Positions 40,936 to 50,009 of a DNA stretch of 64,000 nucleotides are shown in pieces. Location: the NCBI GenBank assembly GCA_964035545.1, contig OZ037767.1, positions 22,026,628 through 22,090,627 of the forward strand, given 5' to 3'. The DNA is from Bugula neritina. Its lineage: Eukaryota > Animalia > Bryozoa. The notes beneath the pieces were generated by a model, which had not been told where the DNA came from, searched no databases, and was given only the letters and a program-made list of their open reading frames with translations. Numbering within the stretch: position 1 is the stretch's first letter; each line of letters opens with the position of its first letter. The position numbers were made by a program, and so were the translations under genes.

Positions 40936-42009
40936 TTAACTGCGGGCCGCACGCTTCATGCGTTTAATAGACTCCTGTAAGTATTTGAGTTCACTGGATG
41001 CTGCCTGTACCCGTGGGGCCAGCCTGTACACTTCTTGCTCCAAGTCATGCGCCCTAGCTTCTACCTCACGTAGGTTACGGGCCCAGGGGGACGAGCGAGA
41101 GGAAGTTGGCTGCCTGTGTCTTTTCCGCTCTGAGGATGGAAGGGGAGGAGGGAGTGTATACGCATTTGTGTCTACTCTCTGTAGTACGACACGAGGAAAG
41201 GTATGCGGCATGCGTATAGGACTGTGAGGTGGAGAGTTAGTAGACTGTGTAGGTTTATCTGCGGCTTTAGAGATGATGGGTCGCGGGGAAGGGAAGCCTT
41301 GCTCCAGGCGAGATAGCCGAGCTGAGTCAGTGATGAGTGGTTTGATGGCGTTGAGAAAGGCAGGATAGGATGATTCGTCTACTTCATAGACATGCCCTTG
41401 ATAACACTGCATAGTACGTTGGTGCCGCAACAGGTAATCACGATTGTAGCTATATTCTCCGCAAGGGCAGAAAGTGGTGATGTAGTGTTGCGGCAAGTGT
41501 ACTTTTAGTCTGCGGTGGGTCGTGAATCGCTGCTGGCAGAGGTTGCATTCACGATTACCCTCACCTCCTTGATGGGTCCTGATCTCTCTCTCTGTGGCAG
41601 GGGTAATCCAGTTGGAGGTTGCTTCCAACTGGGGTGGCAGTTTCCTGGTGGTAGAAGTTGTTGGGGCCGGCTCTGAGTCCCACGCCATCTCTAGAGAAGG
41701 CATGCCCGGAGAGACGGGCACGAGTGTGTCTACAAAAGTAGAATTAGTGTTAGATCGCGGTGGATCTTTACAACCTAATTCTAGTGACTGTCGACCGTTG
41801 CTAGCCTGAGAGTCACTGCTTTTGGAATGCACTCGAGGAACTGATGAATCATGTGTGGACTGACCAAGAACAGTGTCTAGCTCCAGGTCTAACAGACCAT
41901 CGGCCATTACAGTGTCTTCATCGTCATTCACATGAAACGTGGTTCCCAGTAATTCTGATTCAATCTGCTGAATTAGTTCAGAATCTACTGGCATCGAGCC
42001 CGTTTCCAT
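40936..42009 (-). CDS. Retrotransposon ORF3: C2H2 zinc-finger / PxVxL / coiled-coil accessory protein (not Env)
   Basis: 357-aa intact ORF starting 17 nt after the pol stop. CNLC-x3-F-x5-L-x2-H-x3-H (aa155-175), CPC-x12-H-x5-C (aa181-202), PRVVL (aa272-276), ERKRHR, heptad-like C-terminus. No signal peptide or TM segment. Confidence 0.85.
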   Translation of the reverse strand: METGSMPVDSELIQQIESELLGTTFHVNDDEDTVMADGLLDLELDTVLGQSTHDSSVPRVHSKSSDSQASNGRQSLELGCKDPPRSNTNSTFVDTLVPVSPGMPSLEMAWDSEPAPTTSTTRKLPPQLEATSNWITPATEREIRTHQGGEGNRECNLCQQRFTTHRRLKVHLPQHYITTFCPCGEYSYNRDYLLRHQRTMQCYQGHVYEVDESSYPAFLNAIKPLITDSARLSRLEQGFPSPRPIISKAADKPTQSTNSPPHSPIRMPHTFPRVVLQRVDTNAYTLPPPLPSSERKRHRQPTSSRSSPWARNLREVEARAHDLEQEVYRLAPRVQAASSELKYLQESIKRMKRAARS

Positions 42010-42026
42010 GAATAGGAATACAAGAC

Positions 42027-45000
42027 TTATACTGGCTTACCTGGGAACTCGGTATTAATGTCCATACTCAACGTTCTTGGTAAGGTTGGAGCTGGTTGTG
42101 AGATACGTCTGCCTTTGGCGATGTCAGCATAAGAAAAGGCTGAGCATCGTTTCTGAGGCACGAGGTCGGAACTATTTGCTTTACGCGCATTAATTCCTCC
42201 CACTATTCCGCCCTCGCAAAAGTTGATATTTGCGTGGGGTTCACAACTCCAACATTTTATCGTACGGTTTTCCCCTAGACTTTCATGTGCGCCGCTTCTA
42301 ATGCAGTCACATATGAAGTCTTTCAAATACGGTGGGGGCTTCCTCGTACGCTGTCCCCTCTCTAGGGGGGGTGACACACTTGTCGGTTCGTTAGTAGGGG
42401 CCTCTAATGGCGTCTCTACTTCACCGTTAGTGGTCACCTCTTCTTGTTCTCCGGATGGAGCCCCTCCCTCCGTGGGGGTTTGCACTTCCGGAACCGGCTC
42501 GGTTTCTGGAAGTGATGGAATTAGACTTGGCGGTGGCGGACACGCTTCTGTTGACAAAAGCTGCCGCTCCTCTCTCACCAAGTTTTCCTCCCGCGGTATG
42601 ACCACTTCGTATTCAGGTCCATGCCGCCGTCGCCCGCGCGTCGTTGTCTGCCTCCTGGGCTCTAACAATGGGGGGGCTTCTCCCACTCCGTCAGGGCTAG
42701 CCCAATACGGTTTCAAGCGAGACTCATTCTGGATAGACACCTGTCCTGAGCGCTCAATCTTGTACGTATGATTGGGCATAGCCTCGACGACCACGTAGGG
42801 GCCTACGAACTTAGGCTTCAGCTTATCAGCCTGTCCGCGGCGCCTACGGTAATTGACCATCCACACCTTATCTCCTCTTTGATAGAGGGGTGGTTCATCG
42901 GAATCTTCGTGCCGCACCTTCCACTGCTGTTGACGCAGTATCTCGTGTGCGGCCTTCATCCGTTCCACTAGTTCACTGGCATACTCATGGACTGAGTTAT
43001 CCTGCTCTGGAACGTGATAGGTGAGATGGTCAGGGACACGAGTCTCTCTCCCGAGCATCAAGAGGTTTGGGGTCTCACCAGTACTGGTGTGTGGGGTGCT
43101 ACGGTATGCACGCATGACTTGCGGCAACACCGTATCCCATTCCTCTTGACCTCGTCCAAGGAGGAGACTCCGGAGCGCATCACCTAGCATCCGGTTGTTG
43201 CGCTCCACCACCCCGTTACCTTGAGGGTGGTAGGGGGTGGTCCTGCTCTGATTTACTCCCCAGAGGTGGCAAAGGTCGCTCATCAGTTGAGACTGGAATT
43301 GAGCGCCTTGATCAGAGTGTATCTGTTCGGGAAGCCCAAAATAACAGAATACATGTTGGTCTAGTGCCCTGGCCACTGTTGGGGCTGATGCATCTGGGAT
43401 AGCCAGAGCATCCGCCCACCTAGTAAAGTGGTCGGTTAGTACTAGGATCCAATTATTGCCTCTGGGGGTCAGGGGCATGGGTCCGACCAGGTCTACAGCG
43501 ACCACTTGCCAGGGCCTACCAGCATATAGCCTCCGCCGTCCTGCTTCACCAGGGGGGCGGCTATGCTTACTGGCCTGGCAGATCTCACACTGTTTGACTC
43601 TGAGCCGGACGTCACGCTCCATCTGCGGCCAATACCACCGGAGTCGTAATTTGGATATCACTCGCTTGACCCCTGCGTGAGCCTGCTTGTGAGTATCCCA
43701 AATCAACTCACGGCGGATGGCTGTGGGGCAGACTACCCTCTTCCTTTCCGGGTGTCTGCCGCTGGCAGCTAGAGAGATGGTTAGCAACCCATCCTGCCCG
43801 ATCCGCAGCGAGTCCCAACGCTGACAGTATAGCCGGAACTCGGCGCATCCCTGTCGTATGCGTTCCTCGCTGGGTCGTCGCCCTTCCCTTTTGGCCCGGT
43901 AGATGTCTGCCACGACTCCCGGCAGCTCTTCTTGGAGCTTCTTCAGCTCTCGAACATTACCGGCCAGTACAGGGTTGGCGCGGAGGTTTTGTACATCCTT
44001 CGGGGACTCATCAACTCTTTGCCTGAGTTGACCTTGATCCCAGTCAAACGGTGCTCCGTGATGAGCCAGCGTCTCCAACTCGCATCGTGGGGGACCTCCA
44101 TCCCTCCTCTCGATGTTGAGACACTGTTTGCAACCTCCGTCAGGTCGGCGACTCAACCCATCTGCATTGCTGTGTCTCTTGCCCGGTCGGTGTTCGATCC
44201 GGTACGAGAACTCAGCTAGGATTTCGAGCCACCGGGCGACCTGACTGGAGGGCTCTGCTCTCCTGCACAACCAGATCAGCGAGGCATGATCCGTACGCAG
44301 CCGGAACTTCCTGCCATATAGGTATGGTCTGAAGTGCTTCACTGACTTGATTACTGCCAGCAGCTCCTTGCGGGTAGTGCAGTAATTTCGTTCAGCGGGA
44401 GAGAGAGACTTGCTGTAGTAGGCTACTACTACTTCTCGGCCTTCCTGCACTTGCGACAGCACAGCGCCAACATTCTGGTCACTGGCGTCTGTGTCTAGGA
44501 TGTACTCCAGAGTGGGGTCTGGGTAGGCCAAGATGGGCGCCGTTAGGAGGCAGCCCTTGAGGCGGTCGAACGCTTCTTGTTCGACTGGAGTCCACTGCCA
44601 CGTCACTCCCTTTCCGGTAAGCCGGTTTAACGGCTGGGCTATGCCCGCAAAGTTTGGTATGTATTGCCTGTAATACCCTACCAGCCCCAAGAAAGCCCGG
44701 AGTCCGGTCAAGTCTTGGGGGGTGACCCAGTCTTCTACTGCCCGTACCTTTTCGGGATCCGTTGCCACGCCGTTTCGACCGACAACGTGCCCCAGGTACT
44801 TGACCTCCGGCTGCAATAGAGCGCACTTGGAAGGTTTGAGCTTAAGACCGGCACCTCGGAGTCTCTCGAAAACCTCCTGCAGACGACTGACATGTGTCTC
44901 GAAGTCTGGAGAGATTACGATGACATCATCGAGGTAGACCAGCAGTGTCTTCCAATGGAGTCCGCTAAGGACTTGTTCCATCAGCCTCTGGAAGGTGGCT

Positions 45001-46655
45001 GGGGCGGAGGTTAACCCGAAGGGCAGCACCTTCCACTTCCACAAACCGTCCCGTGTGATAAACGCCGCTTTCTCCTGGGCGTCGGGACTCAGAGGAACCT
45101 GCCAATAGCCGCTTAGCAAGTCTAACGTACTGAAGTACTTGCTGCCGGCTAGGGCGTCCAATGACTCGTCAATACGAGGTAGAGGGTAGGCGTCCTGTAT
45201 GGTTACGCTATTGAGTTTGCGGTAGTCCACACAGAACCGCCAACTGCCGTCTTTCTTCCGGACCAGTACGACTGGCGAGCTCCACGCACTATGGGCGGGC
45301 TCTATCAGTCCCCGGTCCAGAAGATCCCGTACTTGTCGGCTAACCTCCTTCTCTTTCTCCGGCCCCAGCCTGCGCGTGGGCTGCCGGACAGGGACTGTCC
45401 CTGCAGTCAGCGGTATTTCGTGTCTGACAATTCCAGTCAGTCCCACGTCATTCTCCCCGCTGCTGAACACATCACCGTAGTCGCGTAGTAACTTGGCCAT
45501 AGCTTGGCGTTCTCTGTTACTTGCGCAGCCGCCACTGGCTGTTTCGTATAACTCCCGGAGATGTGTCGGGACTGCCCCTCGTCCCTGAATAGGGTGTCGA
45601 GGGGGTGCCTCCGTCGCGTCACCCAGCGACGGGCCCACGTCCTCTTCCTGGACGGAATGGAACCGGCCCAGCATTGACCCAGCTGGGAGCTCAATGGACT
45701 CGGTAAAGGGGTTGACGCACTGCACTAAGACCTCCCCTCGCTCAGTTAGTCGGTTTAAACTACTGGCGAGTTGGATCTTTTCGTGCGCGCTTTCAACGAC
45801 CCCGAGCCTGGCTATCCGGTTGCTGTTCACTCGGCAGTGGATAGTAGCTCTGGAGCGTCCGGGTACGGTGCAGTTCCGAACTACCTGAACACCGCCCACC
45901 AGAGGACGCCCAAACTTATCCACACAGGCGAGTTCTCGCCCGCCCATCAGCACCACCGACTTACTAAAATCTATTCGGCACTGGTGTTGCTTCAAGAAGG
46001 GCATGCCGAGGATAGCATCTTCCTCCAGTTGACCTATGATAAAGGTCTCCTGTACAGCCTGATCTCGAACACGCCCAGGGAGCTCGATAATACCATAAAA
46101 GGGGATACATGACCCGTCTGCCAGGGTGCCATGTTCTCCAGTATACGGTCGTACTCTATCCCTGTCCCGGCGGGGCAGTGCCTCAAAGACTCTACGGCTG
46201 AGAAGGTTGGTAGTACAACCGGAGTCGAGCAGGAAAGTGACGGCGTTGCCGGCCACCTTTCCGGGTAGGAAATAGCTCTCTCCATGTGGTTGTACTTTCA
46301 CCCCCCCCCCCGCATGTGCTGTCCTGGTTTGACAGGACGGCGGGGGTTCCACCCGTGGTTTACGGGGCTTCCGGCGGCGAGGTTGGTGCCGGCGGGGTTT
46401 GGGCCTCTCCACTGGGCCTTCTGGCTCCATTTCAGTGGCGGGCTCCTCCTCCCGAGGTAACCGGTGAAACCGGTTAGCGAGTGGCAGGGAAAAGGTACTG
46501 GGCCGTTGTGCGGGCCTACTAGTCCTGCGTGGTACCTGCCACTCGGGTAGAATGTTCCGCCGGGTCCGTACGGACAGACGACGGCGTGTTCCACCATACT
46601 CCTTTAGTTGCGGCCCGCGGGGAGGGAGAGTGTCCGCGGGCCGTGACAGTTTAAC
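42027..46655 (-). CDS. pol: Pol polyprotein (protease, RT, RNase H, integrase), probably expressed by -1 frameshift from gag
   Basis: LLDSGCTT protease; LPFGL and YLDD RT; DASD/ELLAV/TDH RNase H; H-x3-H...C-x2-C and D,D(35)E integrase; KFVGPY motif. The frame is open upstream of the annotated ATG (46430) to ~46697 and overlaps the end of gag. Confidence 0.97.
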   Translation of the reverse strand, partial: VKLSRPADTLPPRGPQLKEYGGTRRRLSVRTRRNILPEWQVPRRTSRPAQRPSTFSLPLANRFHRLPREEEPATEMEPEGPVERPKPRRHQPRRRKPRKPRVEPPPSCQTRTAHAGGGVKVQPHGESYFLPGKVAGNAVTFLLDSGCTTNLLSRRVFEALPRRDRDRVRPYTGEHGTLADGSCIPFYGIIELPGRVRDQAVQETFIIGQLEEDAILGMPFLKQHQCRIDFSKSVVLMGGRELACVDKFGRPLVGGVQVVRNCTVPGRSRATIHCRVNSNRIARLGVVESAHEKIQLASSLNRLTERGEVLVQCVNPFTESIELPAGSMLGRFHSVQEEDVGPSLGDATEAPPRHPIQGRGAVPTHLRELYETASGGCASNRERQAMAKLLRDYGDVFSSGENDVGLTGIVRHEIPLTAGTVPVRQPTRRLGPEKEKEVSRQVRDLLDRGLIEPAHSAWSSPVVLVRKKDGSWRFCVDYRKLNSVTIQDAYPLPRIDESLDALAGSKYFSTLDLLSGYWQVPLSPDAQEKAAFITRDGLWKWKVLPFGLTSAPATFQRLMEQVLSGLHWKTLLVYLDDVIVISPDFETHVSRLQEVFERLRGAGLKLKPSKCALLQPEVKYLGHVVGRNGVATDPEKVRAVEDWVTPQDLTGLRAFLGLVGYYRQYIPNFAGIAQPLNRLTGKGVTWQWTPVEQEAFDRLKGCLLTAPILAYPDPTLEYILDTDASDQNVGAVLSQVQEGREVVVAYYSKSLSPAERNYCTTRKELLAVIKSVKHFRPYLYGRKFRLRTDHASLIWLCRRAEPSSQVARWLEILAEFSYRIEHRPGKRHSNADGLSRRPDGGCKQCLNIERRDGGPPRCELETLAHHGAPFDWDQGQLRQRVDESPKDVQNLRANPVLAGNVRELKKLQEELPGVVADIYRAKREGRRPSEERIRQGCAEFRLYCQRWDSLRIGQDGLLTISLAASGRHPERKRVVCPTAIRRELIWDTHKQAHAGVKRVISKLRLRWYWPQMERDVRLRVKQCEICQASKHSRPPGEAGRRRLYAGRPWQVVAVDLVGPMPLTPRGNNWILVLTDHFTRWADALAIPDASAPTVARALDQHVFCYFGLPEQIHSDQGAQFQSQLMSDLCHLWGVNQSRTTPYHPQGNGVVERNNRMLGDALRSLLLGRGQEEWDTVLPQVMRAYRSTPHTSTGETPNLLMLGRETRVPDHLTYHVPEQDNSVHEYASELVERMKAAHEILRQQQWKVRHEDSDEPPLYQRGDKVWMVNYRRRRGQADKLKPKFVGPYVVVEAMPNHTYKIERSGQVSIQNESRLKPYWASPDGVGEAPPLLEPRRQTTTRGRRRHGPEYEVVIPREENLVREERQLLSTEACPPPPSLIPSLPETEPVPEVQTPTEGGAPSGEQEEVTTNGEVETPLEAPTNEPTSVSPPLERGQRTRKPPPYLKDFICDCIRSGAHESLGENRTIKCWSCEPHANINFCEGGIVGGINARKANSSDLVPQKRCSAFSYADIAKGRRISQPAPTLPRTLSMDINTEFPGKPV

Positions 46656-47470
46656 GCCCCCTGGTATTGGGGTCGTCCTTTCTGTCCCTGGTCCTGATCA
46701 GTGCTACTCCAGCCTTGCCCCACAGGTGTTGGGGGCATCCGCAAGGCCTGCCCGGGGCCAGCACCGGCCAGAATGGTCACCAATTGTCCCAGCATCTCTA
46801 CCATACGGTCCACTTCGGCTTCCAGCGGGAGGGCTTCGGAGCTTGTCGTAGCCCGAGCAGCGCTGACTCCAACTACTGGTGGGTTCCGTTGTGCTCGATG
46901 CATTTGGGTAGCCAACAGGTAAGCTTCTCCAGCCTTCAGGGCATCCTCTATTCTGGTTATCCCTTTAGCTCGTAGGTGATGGTCTAGGCCCAGGTCGTTT
47001 AGGGACTGGACAAAGGCGTCATAGGTGTAACGCTCTTGGTGTTGTGCTGGCAGATCGCTATATGCAATCTGCGCCAGCTTCTTTACCGTCGCGGCATGTT
47101 CTTGTAGCGAGGTCCGCGGGGTGCGGCACAATCTCTCCAGCTTGGTCCTGGCGTCTATGACGGAGGTGCCAAAACGGGCCCGCAGCGCAGCCAGTATGCC
47201 GTCTACGTCCGTTCCCACTCCGTACGGCTTGGCTTGCTCCGTCACCGCCCTCCGCAATTTGATAAGGGCCACTCTATGCGGCCATTGAGCAACTTCCATT
47301 ACCTCTCTAAATTCTTGTATAAATTGTTCGACATCTTCCGACCCAGTAAAGGTGGGAGCTTTCAAGCAATGTCTATAAGCTTCTTCTCCTTCACGATTCA
47401 CAGGATTAACAGCATTTCTACGCTCACCTTCTACTGGGGGTGGTTGCATTCTAGCATGTTCAGTCTCCAT
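46604..47470 (-). CDS. gag: Gag (capsid), no CCHC knuckle
   Basis: 288-aa ORF starting 14 nt after the PBS. Capsid-like pattern PTFTGSEDVEQFIQEF...W...LRARFG...DAFVQSL. Confidence 0.9.
   Translation of the reverse strand: METEHARMQPPPVEGERRNAVNPVNREGEEAYRHCLKAPTFTGSEDVEQFIQEFREVMEVAQWPHRVALIKLRRAVTEQAKPYGVGTDVDGILAALRARFGTSVIDARTKLERLCRTPRTSLQEHAATVKKLAQIAYSDLPAQHQERYTYDAFVQSLNDLGLDHHLRAKGITRIEDALKAGEAYLLATQMHRAQRNPPVVGVSAARATTSSEALPLEAEVDRMVEMLGQLVTILAGAGPGQALRMPPTPVGQGWSSTDQDQGQKGRPQYQGALNCHGPRTLSLPAGRN
46611..46655 (-). promoter_or_regulatory. -1 programmed ribosomal frameshift signal
   Basis: G_TTA_AAC in the gag frame (46655-46649), 5-nt spacer, then a perfect 10-bp GC stem CGGCCCGCGG/CCGCGGGCCG with a 13-nt loop. 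pol is in the -1 frame. Confidence 0.8.
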
Positions 47471-47484
47471 CTTTGATATACACT

Positions 47485-47502
47485 ATCCCACCGCTGCCAC
47501 CA
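47485..47502 (-). promoter_or_regulatory. Primer binding site complementary to tRNA-Leu
   Basis: TGGTGGCAGCGGTGGGAT, 1 nt from the 5' LTR, is the complement of the metazoan tRNA-Leu 3' end ATCCCACCGCTGCCACCA. Confidence 0.9.
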
Positions 47503-47503
47503 C

Positions 47504-47808
47504 TGTTATAGTTTTCAGATTTAGGGTTGATGTGTCACCAAGAGAGTCTATTTAACACTAGAGAAACTTCACCAGTTAAGTCGAGTAGATATCGTTATAT
47601 TTAATACAAGAATACATAATAAAAATCCAATGTACAACAGTAATGATACGCACGTCTATTTAGTTTACAGCACTATCCTCAACTGAGCTAGTAGCGCGAA
47701 GCGGCTACTATTACTTATCAAACAGCTTAGCTAATTGGCTAATACATTGTTCCGGGTCAATACGCAACCTTGCGTATTGTGTTGCTGGTAGCTCCACGAG
47801 CCACCACA
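47504..47808 (-). repeat. 5' LTR
   Basis: 305 bp, TG...CA termini, adjacent to the PBS. Confidence 0.97.
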
Positions 47809-48189
47809 ATATACCCCTGGCAACTAAACCGATGTTGCTGAGGCTAATTAGTAAAGTATTCTCAGAGACAGCTTGCAGATTTCAGACAACATACTATAAC
47901 ATTACGTTTACCCCATCATTTCAGTTGGCAAGGTGTCGCAACTTATTGCATACCAGTAATTAGTCATTACTGAGTATTACCACACACAACTGTTTCTTCA
48001 GGCAGAGTATTAGCAATATATATAATATTACCCTTATGTTATTATATATGTATATAGACTGAAGTTGGCACGAATTCGTTATTGTGACATGTTTTATTAT
48101 ATTATTACAGTAATGCGGAACTGCAATATGTTCAATTATCAATTTTCTAGAACATATGTTATAGTACAAATTTAGCAATTGCATTTTAC

Positions 48190-48400
48190 TTACACAGGTT
48201 AATAGTCACCATCCTTGTGAGAAAACACTTGATGGAGGATGTTTTTGTTAAATCAGGCTTTAAGGACTTATTCAAATGGGGCACAGGAGCAATTATGACT
48301 GGGTGCTCTTCCTAACATCACCAATGACCTTTGTCGGGTTCGAACCCATGACTTTGTGCTTACTAGGCAAACACTCTAGCCCCTAGGGCCTAGAGACCTA
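48190..48400 (-). mobile_element. tRNA-derived SINE, copy 2
   Basis: Reverse-complement match to 3655-3855, including the GGTTCGAACCC B-box and GGAAGAGCACCCAGTCATAA body. Confidence 0.75.
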
Positions 48401-50009
48401 GACCGTAGCTGCATGCTGCCTATAATCACATTTTACTACATATAATTGTTTTATTACAAGCTCCAGAAGTAAATCATATCATTGTTTATTTTTATATAAT
48501 AGATATATTATTATTCTTAAAACACAAGGAGTTTGCAAGATTATAATATATCAGTCATACGCTAACACAGCTTGAGTATCTTATATTGAACTTAGCTTTT
48601 CTGAACCTTGACCTAGTTAATAAGAACTACCATTGCTGTGTTACAGGAGAGGAGAAAAAGTGAAAAAAAATTTATAATATGTATCAAGCATTTGTAAAAC
48701 AATTAAGAAACATTACTAATGCCAGCACATTCATGCGTGTATCTAAAACATTTCTATACTTATTTAGGTAACTAAAACCAAACTTCTTTGCATATTTTCT
48801 TGATATTCACAGACAGGGCAGCTTCTTGTTTTGCTTTCACATCAGATCATTAATTTCTATATGCATTCAACCACACATTGATTCTAAGTGTTGTTTTCAT
48901 GGGAGAAATCTAACTAGTAAATTAATTCTCTATTGCAAATCTTTAGAAATAAATACACATATCACAGTGGAAACCATCTACTTTATTGTTAAAGGTTATT
49001 CTAATCATTGGATGAATTTAATATTAATGTAGTTTAATTATAATATACAAATTTCATTATAGTGCTTTTCTTCTTTTCTTTTTTCTTGAAAGTAAATATA
49101 AACTATAAAAATGATGCCTTCTAATATTATGAATTAGTAATGTGCAGATGAAGTGTGAGAGTGAAATAAAGTCCAGTGTACACTGAAAAGACAACTCTGG
49201 AATGTCTACAGGGTCCAATAGTATCCATAGCTAATTGCTGTTGTTATTTAGTGCATGTGTACTACATAGTACAGTTGTGCTTAAGAATGGAACAATTTTT
49301 ACACGCAAGGTTTGCAAATGAAAAGCAACTTTGTACCTCATTAATTACAGTGGTAAATTGAGAGTTGTATTCCCACTCGATAGAAATATCGTTACCAGTC
49401 CATAAAGCAATAGTAATTGATATACTTATTGCAGCACTATTTAACTGTCAAAAAACTGCAAAATCTAAAAATCCTGTAAATTTTAAAAAGCTTTGCGATA
49501 ATTAAATGTTTACTATGAACACAACAAATGTTGCTATGTTATGCATATTATGTCATGGATCATGCATATATCCATATGTTGTATACCATGTATATTACGC
49601 TATGCATTGTTTATACTTTATAGTATGATATTATATATCGAAAATATTATGTTACTTATAATTTATGATATTATGTTATTTATCATTTATGATATCACGT
49701 TATTTGTTTGACGTTCTATATTATATAATATGCCATTTCAATTTTTCTCCCCTATTTTCACCCACTCTATACCTATCTCTGCTTTGTCTTGTTTTGATGA
49801 TGACAATAAATTCATATTTATACATACAGATATAATATTTGCAAATATCACACTAGACAACCATAATACTATAGTGAGCTAATAAAATACAATAATTATT
49901 TTAGAAAATAAACTATGTATATGTTTGTGCTTTTCTTATTTAAATTGATCATAAAATTATTTCTCTGCCTAGTTTTTAGATACTGCATGCATTGTCATGG
50001 TCAACTGTG

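Larger units (their letters stand above)
40358..47808 (-). mobile_element. Full-length Ty3/Gypsy LTR retrotransposon with three ORFs
   Basis: Two 305-bp TG...CA LTRs, ATAT target-site duplication (40354-40357 and 47809-47812), PBS, PPT, gag, pol in PR-RT-RH-IN order, and an extra ORF3. Confidence 0.98.

Noticed and set aside
40611-40952. 113-aa hydrophobic ORF after ORF3 (possible small fusogen or TM protein)
   Set aside because: Hydrophobicity comes from T-homopolymer runs in the 3' UTR, and the ORF runs through the PPT into the LTR. It would need conservation data to be credible.
41761-41778. LGCKD in ORF3 as an LxCxE-like Rb-binding motif
   Set aside because: Asp instead of Glu, basic context, and short enough to occur by chance.
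46298-46597. 99-aa ORF in frame with gag just after its TAA (possible stop readthrough)
   Set aside because: pol is in the -1 frame with a good frameshift signal upstream of the stop. This ORF has no motif, and stop-free stretches are expected in GC-rich sequence.
42223-47476. Numerous antisense and alternative-frame ORFs over gag/pol
   Set aside because: Shadow ORFs of GC-rich coding sequence with no recognisable motifs.
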